Source: Minisyncoccota bacterium (GTDB lineage: Bacteria > Patescibacteriota > Minisyncoccia > Phycocordibacterales > Phycocordibacteraceae). Taken from it: 55,207 nucleotides of DNA. How positions within the stretch are numbered: position 1 is the stretch's first letter; every line of letters begins with the position of its first letter. The stretch is from positions 1 to 55,207 of the forward strand of contig JBAYHD010000005.1 of the NCBI GenBank assembly GCA_041666305.1. Reading direction: 5' to 3'. The notes below the pieces were generated by a model. That model had not been told where the DNA came from. It saw only the letters and a program-made list of their open reading frames with translations, and made no database searches. Positions 17,737 to 25,394 of the stretch are shown in pieces. The position numbers and the translations under genes were made by a program.

Positions 17737-18225
17737 ATGGACATTGCAACGCTGGCTCTAATCTTGCGTAATGACGACCGCGAAGTTCTGCTCGGTCTGA
17801 AGCGGAAAGGCTCTAAGCTCGGAGCGAACAAGTGGAATGGCCCCGGCGGCATTCAAGAATTGGGAGAAACGATCCTCGAATGCCTCGTGCGAGAAACCGA
17901 GGAAGAGGTCGGAATCATACTGCTCGCGGAAAAGGTCGAGAAGGTTGCCATCATCACCTGCTACTACCTCGCGGCCGGGATCCCGGTGCCGTATATGGAA
18001 ATACATGTCTATCGCACGAGCTTCTTTATCGGGACACCGCATGCAACGAAAAGCATGTTGCCCGCCTGGCACGACGTCAATGACCCTCCGTTCGGTGAAA
18101 TGCATGAATCCGACAGCAAATGGTTCGGTCGCGCCATCAAGGGCGAGAAATTCCGTGCGAACGCATATCACCGAGAGAAAGCGGAAGGATTTATCAACAT
18201 CGAGTTCTTACCGTTCTCCGAATGA
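17737..18225 (+). CDS. NUDIX hydrolase
   Basis: Start trimmed to MDIATLAL with AGGGGG SD; Nudix box GGIQELGETILECLVRETEEEVG. Confidence 0.75.
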   Translation: MDIATLALILRNDDREVLLGLKRKGSKLGANKWNGPGGIQELGETILECLVRETEEEVGIILLAEKVEKVAIITCYYLAAGIPVPYMEIHVYRTSFFIGTPHATKSMLPAWHDVNDPPFGEMHESDSKWFGRAIKGEKFRANAYHREKAEGFINIEFLPFSE

Positions 18226-18260
18226 CCCGGCCGCGCATCTGATGCGCGGCCACTCTGTTT

Positions 18261-18755
18261 TCAGGAGGCCTTCTTCCACTCCGACTTCTCGCCCCGGCGG
18301 CACGCGTCGGCCATTTGTAATTCTTCATCAATGCCGCCGATAAGGTCATACGACTTCCCCTCTTCAAGCGTGACCCACGCATATTCATCCGTCTCGCTTG
18401 TCTGCAGTACAACCTCTCCTCCGGCCCAATCCGCCATGCAAGAAATGATGAGTATGGGCGTGCCTTCTTTATCGATCGTCGCGAGTGATGTCACGTATTC
18501 AATATTCTTAATTTCAAGTCCAACTTCCTCCGTAACTTCACGGCGCACGACGCGTTCAAGCACGTTGTACCAGCATTCGTCGGTGTCTTTCGGCAGATTA
18601 ATATAATCATCCGTCGTAATTCTTCCGCCCGGCACGGTCCACTTCCCCGGAAACCGTTTTTTGGACATGACACGACGAGTAATAAGATATTTTCCGTCTT
18701 TCACGACAATGGCTGTTATTGCCACTTCGTGCAGAAGTTGTGGTTCTGTATTCAT
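18261..18755 (-). CDS. NUDIX hydrolase
   Basis: Start trimmed to MNTEPQLL; Nudix box with insertion (PGGRI...LERVVRREVTEEVGL); convergent with the other NUDIX gene. Confidence 0.75.
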   Translation of the reverse strand: MNTEPQLLHEVAITAIVVKDGKYLITRRVMSKKRFPGKWTVPGGRITTDDYINLPKDTDECWYNVLERVVRREVTEEVGLEIKNIEYVTSLATIDKEGTPILIISCMADWAGGEVVLQTSETDEYAWVTLEEGKSYDLIGGIDEELQMADACRRGEKSEWKKAS

Positions 18756-18787
18756 GGTAGGTATAGTACCACCACATTCTGGGGTAC

Positions 18788-18816
18788 TTGACAAATAGCC
18801 TGTAAGGTGCTATCAT
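18788..18816 (+). promoter_or_regulatory. Sigma-70-like promoter, cassette A
   Basis: TTGACA-N17-TATCAT upstream of gene 18867-19256. Confidence 0.65.
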
Positions 18817-18866
18817 GGACTTTGGCGTGCTGTAGCTTGGCACTATCCACTCACAAGGAGGTAGCG

Positions 18867-19256
18867 ATGAACAAGCTTTACGGTTCTTTGATTATGACGT
18901 TGTGCGTTCTTGTCTCGATTATGTTCGGTTCCATTGCGGCGTTTGCAGTTCCCCATCGCGGCCCCCCTATCGGGAAGCCATTGCAGATCGTCAAAATCGA
19001 CAAACAACACGCAAAGGAAGGTCGTACTTGTGGGAAGTACTTCCTTTTGACGAAAGATTCCAATCAGACGTTCTTCATGTGGGATCTCGGCGGATGGTAT
19101 TCGGATCGCGGTGAAGTCACAGTGATTGTGGACCAGTCGGTTCACACACCAACAGTGATGTTCGAACAGCCCAACGGCCGATACTTGTCCGTCATCCGCA
19201 TGCCCGCCAAGGAAGCGAAGACGGCGCGATTGTGCCTCCTCGCTCCGAGCAGGTGA
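18867..19256 (+). CDS. Hypothetical secreted protein (MNKLYGSLI leader)
   Basis: Start trimmed to MNKLYGSLIMTLCVLV; AAGGAGG SD; own promoter and terminator. Confidence 0.55.
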   Translation: MNKLYGSLIMTLCVLVSIMFGSIAAFAVPHRGPPIGKPLQIVKIDKQHAKEGRTCGKYFLLTKDSNQTFFMWDLGGWYSDRGEVTVIVDQSVHTPTVMFEQPNGRYLSVIRMPAKEAKTARLCLLAPSR

Positions 19257-19276
19257 TAACCGTGTTCATTCCAAAA

Positions 19277-19308
19277 CCCCCAACCTTGCGTTGGGGGCCT
19301 TTGTTTTC
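19277..19308 (+). terminator. Intrinsic terminator
   Basis: CCCCCAAC-CTTGC-GTTGGGGG followed by CCTTTGTTTT. Confidence 0.7.
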
Positions 19309-19325
19309 AGCACATTTCGGAACCC

Positions 19326-19354
19326 TTGACAATAGTGCCTGACTATGCTATCAT
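19326..19354 (+). promoter_or_regulatory. Sigma-70-like promoter, cassette B (duplicate of A)
   Basis: TTGACA-N17-TATCAT upstream of gene 19414-20010. Confidence 0.65.
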
Positions 19355-19413
19355 AGGAAGAGTGGTGCTGAAGCTTGGCACTTCCTACAAATTCTCAATT
19401 TAGGGAGACGGTG

Positions 19414-20010
19414 ATGAACAAGCTTTACGGTTCTTTGATTCTGTTGGTGTGCTTCGTCTCTTTGCCGTCACTGGCAGCGGGCGAGGAAAAGGAGGAGGTC
19501 AAGCCGTGGTGGACGGAAGTCCAAACACAGTCTGACGGAACTGCGAAAGCGGTCCTCTGGTACGAGCGCGATATAACCGAGTCTCTCGGGTTCTTCGCCC
19601 TCGCAACGACGGACACGACCCGGTATGCAGCGGCATATGCCGGACCGTACTGGAAACCGACTGAATGGCTTCAGCTCGGCGTTGGCATCGGCAGGGAAAA
19701 TCAGCCGAACGCCATGCGCCGAGCTGCGTTCTACTCGATTGACACCGAAAAGTTCTATTCATTCGGTACAGTCGAGAACGGTGGCTCCGGTCCCTGGTAT
19801 CGCGCTCACGCGATATACCGACTGAACGAACGTTGGAGCGCCGGCGCGATGACAGAGCGAGATGTTGGTTTCGGCCCTCGGGTTGAATACAACATCAACA
19901 AAGACATCATCGTGTGGGCAGCAGCCCTTCGCGGCAATGTCCCCAATGCTGAGTTAGAGATCAAGGAAAGAAAAACCACTTTGCTCCTCGGCTTCAGCAT
20001 CAGTTTCTGA
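19414..20010 (+). CDS. Hypothetical secreted beta-rich protein ending in Phe (MNKLYGSLI leader)
   Basis: Start trimmed to MNKLYGSLILLVCFVSLPSLAAG. Its first 27 nt are identical to the preceding gene. Alternating-hydrophobic C-terminus LLLGFSISF. Confidence 0.55.
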   Translation: MNKLYGSLILLVCFVSLPSLAAGEEKEEVKPWWTEVQTQSDGTAKAVLWYERDITESLGFFALATTDTTRYAAAYAGPYWKPTEWLQLGVGIGRENQPNAMRRAAFYSIDTEKFYSFGTVENGGSGPWYRAHAIYRLNERWSAGAMTERDVGFGPRVEYNINKDIIVWAAALRGNVPNAELEIKERKTTLLLGFSISF

Positions 20011-20043
20011 ATCGCTGCTCTGTCTTCGCAGGCTAGAGCTCAC

Positions 20044-20071
20044 GAACCCCACTTCGGTGGGGTTCTTTTTT
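20044..20071 (+). terminator. Intrinsic terminator
   Basis: GAACCCCAC-TTCG-GTGGGGTTC followed by TTTTTT. Confidence 0.85.
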
Positions 20072-20072
20072 A

Positions 20073-20097
20073 TTTAGGGACATCGTAAGTCCCTAAA
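20073..20097. repeat. Same palindrome family, intergenic copy
   Basis: TTTAGGGACAT-CGT-AAGTCCCTAAA, immediately after the stop of gene 20098-21240. Confidence 0.85.
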
Positions 20098-21240
20098 TCA
20101 TTGATACTGGACGTAGACTGGCGCGGGGGTGAGTTTCAAGACTTCGGCAGGCGTGAGGAGGCCGTCCGCCGGCGGTCGGCTGTCGTTTTTATAAAAAAGC
20201 TTGACGCCGGTGAACTGCACCGGTTCCGGCACGATGACTCTGCTGTAGGTATTTCTTTTTTTCGCTTTCGAGCCGAATCCGTCCATATCCATCACTATCT
20301 GCACTTCAGGTAGGGGCTGTATCTTTTCATAATTCGTTACCATGTCCTGGGTGAAGCGATGGATGATGAGCACCTTCGGCGGCAAGTGATTTTCGCGCAC
20401 AATGCGCGCAAGGTACTCGGCGGCATAATTGATATCAATGGCATCAAAAGTGCCGATGACTGTGCCGGGCCGCTCGCCGTGCTTCATCGAGAATTCCGGG
20501 TCGATGCCGAGGTGAACCTGCGGCATCTTCAAATACTTTTCAAGTTGCGGTAGCTCGTATTGAAGCGTACTGAGTGCCACCTGCACATCGAGGAATACAA
20601 GACCGTGTACCCGGTTCGCCAAATCGAGCGCGTGGTCTATCTGATCGTCCGGCATGCGCAGAATGTATTTCCCTTCTTTGCCGGCACCCGCCTGCGCAAC
20701 AGTCGCGATGTAGTGAATCGCCGGTACGGCCGGCGTCGCAGGGTCTGCGGCTGCCCATTTTGCCGTCGTGCTCGCGAGCATGGAGAGCATTTGATCGGTC
20801 GGGTATTCGCCGAGCACGCCCATGCCTTTTGAATAAAAATTGCCGTAATACGCGACGATGCGTTTGAACGGAAGAATGGCATCGGCATTCGGATAGACCG
20901 TGCTCACGGGCCAGAGGTCGCCCTGTACCTGCACGGACGACGAGGCTGTTGAGAAAGGGAGTGCGGATGTTGATGATGCGACCACCGCAGCCGCAACAGC
21001 TGCCGCCGCACTTTCATATATGATAGTGCTCGATGCAATATCGAAATGCGCGAGCGCGAGCATTCGTGCGTTGTAGTCCGCCTTATTGAGTTCGGGCAGC
21101 GGAATAAAGCGCTCTGCCACACTGGCAGTCTCCGAGCGATACTCGGTTGCGACGAGACCGGAGTAGCCGAATGCATAGACGACCGCGAACGCGGCGATGC
21201 TCGCGCCGGTCACTCGTGTCTTGGTACTCATTGGGGCCAT
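20098..21240 (-). CDS. Hypothetical membrane-anchored protein
   Basis: Start trimmed to MAPMSTKTRVTGASIAAFAVVYAF (TM helix); about 380 aa; no family recognised by eye. Confidence 0.5.
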   Translation of the reverse strand: MAPMSTKTRVTGASIAAFAVVYAFGYSGLVATEYRSETASVAERFIPLPELNKADYNARMLALAHFDIASSTIIYESAAAAVAAAVVASSTSALPFSTASSSVQVQGDLWPVSTVYPNADAILPFKRIVAYYGNFYSKGMGVLGEYPTDQMLSMLASTTAKWAAADPATPAVPAIHYIATVAQAGAGKEGKYILRMPDDQIDHALDLANRVHGLVFLDVQVALSTLQYELPQLEKYLKMPQVHLGIDPEFSMKHGERPGTVIGTFDAIDINYAAEYLARIVRENHLPPKVLIIHRFTQDMVTNYEKIQPLPEVQIVMDMDGFGSKAKKRNTYSRVIVPEPVQFTGVKLFYKNDSRPPADGLLTPAEVLKLTPAPVYVQYQ

Positions 21241-21256
21241 TCTACACTTTTTCACT

Positions 21257-21412
21257 TTATTTTTCTTTTGTGTCAGCCCAGAGTGCAAGCGCGGCAAGCG
21301 CGGCAAATATCGCAACTCGTAGCCAGTTCTGTGTCTGCGCCGCGTCGAGAAGCGCCGCACCGAAAAAGATAGCGAACACCGCAAAACTTGTTCCGAATGT
21401 GAGGTTTTTCAT
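21257..21412 (-). CDS. Small two-TM membrane protein (51 aa)
   Basis: Below the ORF-track size cut-off. Manual translation: MKNLTFGTSFAVFAIFFGAALLDAAQTQNWLRVAIFAALAALALWADTKEK. Its ATG lies 2 nt after the MazG-like stop. Confidence 0.45.
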   Translation of the reverse strand: MKNLTFGTSFAVFAIFFGAALLDAAQTQNWLRVAIFAALAALALWADTKEK

Positions 21413-21414
21413 AG

Positions 21415-21750
21415 TTAATTGAGTTGTTTGTTGTGCTTCGCTTTTATCTTTTCCACCTTGTGCGCGAGCGCGTCCATCACATCCACTTCCATGCTCTTCG
21501 CGAGCAGGAAGGCAACGATGACAACATCTGCGAATTCGTCGGCGAGACTTCCGGTATCTCTTTCGCCCATCTTCCCTGTCCGCTGGTCACCGAGTGCGGC
21601 AAGCACTTCGTCGCTAAGCTCGCCGAGCTCCTCTGACAGCTTCACCGTCCGCGCCAATATCCGCTCCCGCTCCGTGTAGTTCAAGGTCTTCGTGGTACGA
21701 AAAAGCTCGTCCTGTTCATCTATAAATTTCTGGAATTCTTCGATGGTCAT
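21415..21750 (-). CDS. MazG-like nucleotide pyrophosphohydrolase
   Basis: 111 aa; EELGELSDEV ... LADEFADVVIVAFLLA pattern typical of MazG/NTP-PPase. Confidence 0.7.
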   Translation of the reverse strand: MTIEEFQKFIDEQDELFRTTKTLNYTERERILARTVKLSEELGELSDEVLAALGDQRTGKMGERDTGSLADEFADVVIVAFLLAKSMEVDVMDALAHKVEKIKAKHNKQLN

Positions 21751-22148
21751 AGATGTTTTTGCTGATAAGCGTCAATGCGCGCAATGTCTGCAAAATCTTT
21801 TTCTCGGCCAAGCGCCTTCTTGAACTTTTTTAGTTCGTCAAGATTCATAAAATAAATTCCATCTATTACCATCGCCGAAGCAATTGCTTCTTCGGTGGTA
21901 GTCGGGTATTCAGACCATGAAAGTTTCGGAATGATATCTACTTTTTCTTTCTTGAGAAAAATCTTTCCGTATCGTTCCTCTTCCTCCCACTCCCCCGTTG
22001 CTCGCAACCGTTCGAAGAGTTCAGGCAAAACCGCGATATCTATATCGCCTGCTTGGCGTATATCGAGAGCTTCAAGGGGACCACTACCGACAATAACGTA
22101 TTCTCCTGGCGGAAAATTGAGTTCTTTTGCTTTCTCGATAATGTTCAT
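21747..22148 (-). CDS. Putative minimal nucleotidyltransferase-fold protein
   Basis: 133 aa; GSGPLEAL...GDIDIAV (G[SG]..DxD-like); ATGA overlap with the MazG-like gene. Confidence 0.45.
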   Translation of the reverse strand: MNIIEKAKELNFPPGEYVIVGSGPLEALDIRQAGDIDIAVLPELFERLRATGEWEEEERYGKIFLKKEKVDIIPKLSWSEYPTTTEEAIASAMVIDGIYFMNLDELKKFKKALGREKDFADIARIDAYQQKHL

Positions 22149-22161
22149 AGTTTTATTCGAG

Positions 22162-22232
22162 CTGGGGGACTTGGAATCGAACCAAAATTAACGGCTTCAA
22201 AGGCCGCTGTCCTACCGTTAGACGATCCCCCA
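22162..22232 (-). tRNA. tRNA-Gln(TTG)
   Basis: Cloverleaf by eye: acceptor TGGGGGA/TCCCCCA, anticodon stem GCGGC/GCCGT, loop CTTTGAA, T-loop TTCGATT. Confidence 0.85.
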
Positions 22233-22282
22233 ATGTTTCAAACTCTACCACTACTTTCGCCATTCGTCCGCCCTCATTCCCA

Positions 22283-22315
22283 CTATTCTACTATTCGCGC
22301 GAATTAGAGAATAGA
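22283..22315 (-). promoter_or_regulatory. Second copy of the 33-bp palindrome, overlapping the arsR stop and upstream of tRNA-Gln
   Basis: CTATTCTACTATTCGCGCGAATTAGAGAATAGA (32/33 identical to the first copy). Confidence 0.65.
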
Positions 22316-22570
22316 GATGATGGAACGAGCCGGTGACGACAGATCGCGGGCCAGGGAGTAGAACATCTGCAGACTCCTCTGCTCGCGGTCCAGCAAATTC
22401 GCCGACGAGAGTATGCCCAGATGCTTTGACGTTGCCTTGAACGAGAGGCGGATTTCTTCGGCGATGTCGCCGACATTTGCCTCTTTTTCTTTCTTAACGA
22501 AACGCAGAATGGCGAGCCTGCGCCGGTTCGCCAGCGCTTTCAGAGTCCGTTCAAGTTCTTTGTCCGCCAT
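22304..22570 (-). CDS. ArsR/SmtB family transcriptional regulator
   Basis: 88 aa; LKALANRRRLAILRFV winged-HTH signature; flanked by two copies of a 33-bp palindrome. Confidence 0.8.
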   Translation of the reverse strand: MADKELERTLKALANRRRLAILRFVKKEKEANVGDIAEEIRLSFKATSKHLGILSSANLLDREQRSLQMFYSLARDLSSPARSIISIL

Positions 22571-22576
22571 ACGTAA

Positions 22577-22609
22577 CTATTCTACCATTCGCGCGAATTA
22601 GAGAATAGA
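22577..22609 (-). promoter_or_regulatory. 33-bp palindromic operator-like site 6 nt upstream of the arsR ATG
   Basis: CTATTCTACCATTCGCGCGAATTAGAGAATAGA, with core ATTCGCGCGAAT and outer CTATTCT/AGAATAG. The gene-strand arm contains TAGAAT 8 nt before the ATG. Confidence 0.7.
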
Positions 22610-22643
22610 AAAAGATGGGGATAGAAAGAAGACGTTGTGACAC

Positions 22644-23681
22644 TTATTCAGGAAGCAGCTCTAAAACCGCTAATTCCAGGGGGAGCGCGAGAATGGGCGC
22701 GTAGCGGATGCGGTCGGCGGCGTTCAGGAACGCCAACATGGTCTGGTGCGTAATGTAGGACCTCGGAGGTCCTACATGGGCGAATTTTTCAAGGGCGGAA
22801 AATTCGTCCGCGCCGAGCTCGCTTTGGAGCGAGGCGCGGAGTTCAGGAGCATAGCGGATGAGAAGTGTGCTGCGTAAGGCCTCCAGCACGAGTTCTAGAA
22901 ACAGCTTCATATCTACATCGGCCTTTGCCGCTTTCTCGATTGCATCCAATGCCTTTCCGCGTTCGCCCTCTGCGAGCGCGTTCACGAGCGCGTGCACCTG
23001 CTCTCTGCGCGGCGCACCGGTCGCCGCTTCTACCGTCTCGCGCGAAAGCGATTTACCTTCCGTTGCTGAAAATACTTTCTGCAAAACCGAAAGCGCATCG
23101 CGATATGAGCCGTCGCCGAGCATTGCAATAAGCTCGGCGGCGTCCGGTGCGAGCGTATATCCCTCTTTCTTCGCCACCGCGGCGGTCATTCTCGCCAATA
23201 CTGCGCGCGTCGGCTTCCTGAATTCAAATACCTGGCAGCGCGATTGCACCGTCTCCGGCACTTTCGTGAACTCGGTTGTCGCGAGTATGAACACCGCGTG
23301 CGCCGGCGGCTCCTCCAGCGTTTTCAGAAACGCATTCCATGCGCCTTTGGAGAGCATATGCACCTCGTCCAAGATGTACACCTTGTACGGCGAAGCGAAC
23401 GGGAGCGTGTACACGCCCTCGGCCAAGGCGCGAATGTCTTCCACTCTGTTATTGCTCGCCGCGTCTATCTCGTAGAGGTCGTTCTCGGTGCAGCCGATGG
23501 CGCTCGCGAATATGCGCGCAACGGACGTTTTCCCCAGTCCGCGCGTGCCGGCAAAGAGATACGCGTGCCCTATCTTCCCCGACTTGGCCGCTTCCTCAAG
23601 CGGCTTCGTCACTTGCTCCTGCCCCACGACATCCGCAAAAGTAGCGGGACGATGAATGCGATAGAGGGACTGGTGCGCCAT
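22644..23681 (-). CDS. dnaX: DNA polymerase III subunit gamma/tau (short form)
   Basis: 345 aa; GTRGLGKTS Walker A, ILDEVHMLS, LKTLEEPP, SRCQVFEF. Confidence 0.9.
   Translation of the reverse strand: MAHQSLYRIHRPATFADVVGQEQVTKPLEEAAKSGKIGHAYLFAGTRGLGKTSVARIFASAIGCTENDLYEIDAASNNRVEDIRALAEGVYTLPFASPYKVYILDEVHMLSKGAWNAFLKTLEEPPAHAVFILATTEFTKVPETVQSRCQVFEFRKPTRAVLARMTAAVAKKEGYTLAPDAAELIAMLGDGSYRDALSVLQKVFSATEGKSLSRETVEAATGAPRREQVHALVNALAEGERGKALDAIEKAAKADVDMKLFLELVLEALRSTLLIRYAPELRASLQSELGADEFSALEKFAHVGPPRSYITHQTMLAFLNAADRIRYAPILALPLELAVLELLPE
22753..22777. repeat. Same palindrome family inside dnaX, with compensatory changes
   Basis: ATGTAGGACCT-CGG-AGGTCCTACAT; encodes HVGPPRSYI. Confidence 0.9.
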
Positions 23682-23696
23682 AATGCTCCGAGTATA

Positions 23697-23747
23697 TCAA
23701 AACAAAAAGAAAAGGCCTCGGGTCCGCAAAATCGCGAAACCGAGGCC
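23697..23747 (-). terminator. Intrinsic terminator upstream of the dnaX promoter
   Basis: GGCCTCGG ... CCGAGGCC followed on the minus strand by TTTTCTTTTTGTTTT. Confidence 0.65.
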
Positions 23748-23862
23748 AATGTTGCACTTCGCCCATGAAAGGAGAAATGGCTACTTAGAACGACCATCGG
23801 AAAATGTTCTCTCTAAGCAGTCTCATTTTATACCCTGCGTATATTTCTGTCGAGCAAATGTG

Positions 23863-24225
23863 CTATTGATACCTCACAATAACGTCGAAGTCTTTGACAG
23901 GGCCGGTACTGGCCTTGCTTGTCGCAGGCACGACGGGTTCGGTATCGGTCGGTTCGAGGCTCTCGAGATGAAAGGTCATCTCCGCGGCCAAGATTTTGAA
24001 ATCGCCGCTGCTTTTCTCCAGGCGACCGATGCGTTCTCGCAACGCCTTTACGTGACGGGCTCGATCTTGATCCTGCGATGCGGTGAAAGCCTCATTGAAT
24101 TCATCTCCGATTTCTTTGAGCCTCTGCCCCAGTGCAAGCGCCTCCATCGGTGCGAGAGGCCGTTTGATGCGGTCCGCGACCTCGCGCAATCTGCTCGAGG
24201 CACGGTCGAACTTTTTCATGTCCAT
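23863..24225 (-). CDS. Hypothetical coiled-coil protein
   Basis: 120-aa ORF with GGAGAA SD; hairpin plus T-run terminator downstream. Confidence 0.4.
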   Translation of the reverse strand: MDMKKFDRASSRLREVADRIKRPLAPMEALALGQRLKEIGDEFNEAFTASQDQDRARHVKALRERIGRLEKSSGDFKILAAEMTFHLESLEPTDTEPVVPATSKASTGPVKDFDVIVRYQ

Positions 24226-24256
24226 CTAGTTCTCCAGTGATGTGTCCGCAATCAAC

Positions 24257-25258
24257 CTATACGAGCGGACCAACAGCGTCAAGTGTCATTTTCTCGAGCT
24301 CAGTAGCGCTCTCCGCGGTCATGAGTTTTGTGCGCAGCTCCGCTGCGCCGGCAAAGCCGGTAACGAACGCTTTGATATGCTTTTTCAAAATCGCAAAACT
24401 TTTAGCGGGCGTTATCTTTTCAAAATCGTATGCGAGTTCAAGGAGCGCCGCGAGTTTCTCGGCGAGCGGCGTGTCTTCCGTTTTTCTGCCGGCGAATACC
24501 CATGGATTACCGAACATTGCACGGCCGAACATTGCACCGTCGCATCCTGACTCTGCAACTTTTGTCCGCGCGTCTTCCATGTCCTGCACGTCGCCATTAC
24601 CGATAAGAAGCACTTTCGGATTTACGCGGTCGCGCAACGCGACCGCTTTTTTCATCAGCTCCCAATCGGCGGGCACGAACGACATCTCTTTGCGCGTACG
24701 CAAATGGAGAGTGATGGCGACGGGATTCGCTTCAAGAAGCGCCGTCAGCCATTCATCAAGCGACTCTTTGTTATATCCGATGCGTGTTTTCACCGAGACC
24801 GGCAACGGACTGGCTTCCTTAGCGGCACGAATAAGCTCCTTGGCGAGCGCGGGATTCTTCACCAATGCTGCGCCCGCGCCCTGTTTCTCAATGCTTTTAT
24901 CCGGACAGCCCATATTGAGGTCAACACCATCAAAACCTAGCTCGGCAACGAGCTTCGTCGCATACGTAATCATCTCCGGTTTGCCGGAAAAGATCTGTGC
25001 GGCAATGGGCCGCTGTTCTTCTGTAAACTGCAAATCCCGCAATAGGGGGTTGCTGGTATGATATATCATACCAGCACGCGATTCGATTTCCCCCCTTTCG
25101 ATCAGATGGAAAAGTCCGTCGGCCGAAACGAATTCCGTCCAGAACACGTCCGGCTTCCCATGTTTCGCCACGAGCGCGCGAAAAGCAACGTCGGTGACGT
25201 CCGCCATCGGTGCCATCACGAAAAATGGCTTAGGTAAGCCTTGCCAGAACGATTTCAT
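24257..25258 (-). CDS. tRNA-dihydrouridine synthase
   Basis: Start trimmed to MKSFWQGL; MAPMADVTD, DLNMGCP and VKTRIG motifs. Contains the 24-nt palindrome at 25052-25075. Confidence 0.85.
   Translation of the reverse strand: MKSFWQGLPKPFFVMAPMADVTDVAFRALVAKHGKPDVFWTEFVSADGLFHLIERGEIESRAGMIYHTSNPLLRDLQFTEEQRPIAAQIFSGKPEMITYATKLVAELGFDGVDLNMGCPDKSIEKQGAGAALVKNPALAKELIRAAKEASPLPVSVKTRIGYNKESLDEWLTALLEANPVAITLHLRTRKEMSFVPADWELMKKAVALRDRVNPKVLLIGNGDVQDMEDARTKVAESGCDGAMFGRAMFGNPWVFAGRKTEDTPLAEKLAALLELAYDFEKITPAKSFAILKKHIKAFVTGFAGAAELRTKLMTAESATELEKMTLDAVGPLV
25052..25075. repeat. Identical 24-nt perfect palindrome inside the dus gene
   Basis: GCTGGTATGATATATCATACCAGC; in-frame AGMIYHTS. Confidence 0.95.
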
Positions 25259-25278
25259 ATTGCCTATTCTAGCAGGTA

Positions 25279-25307
25279 TTGACAAATATAGCGATTAGGT
25301 ATATATT
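25279..25307 (+). promoter_or_regulatory. Sigma-70-like promoter with no downstream ORF
   Basis: TTGACA-N17-TATATT. Confidence 0.5.
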
Positions 25308-25313
25308 CACGTT

Positions 25314-25394
25314 CGGGTGCTGCATTCGAATGAATGCGCCAAGCGCCAGGGCAGGGTCGACCGAAGTTTGGTCTTCCTTGCCCTGTTCTTTTTT
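25314..25394 (+). ncRNA. Candidate ~80-nt small RNA (orphan promoter plus intrinsic terminator)
   Basis: TTGACA-N17-TATATT at 25279-25307. Then hairpin GCATTC-GAAT-GAATGC and a 10-bp stem (25347-25385) followed by TTCTTTTTT. No plus-strand ORF follows. Confidence 0.3.

Noticed and set aside
22745-22790. Programmed ribosomal frameshift in dnaX at the 12-bp hairpin
   Set aside because: The upstream GAA-AAA-TTC is not an X-XXY-YYZ slippery heptamer, and the site is near the C-terminus. The hairpin is better explained as a member of the palindrome family.
23682-23862. SRP RNA (ffs) upstream of dnaX, as in many bacteria
   Set aside because: There is no GGAA/AGCA helix-8 motif. The region is explained by the 3' UTR hairpins and terminator of gene 23863-24225 plus the dnaX promoter.
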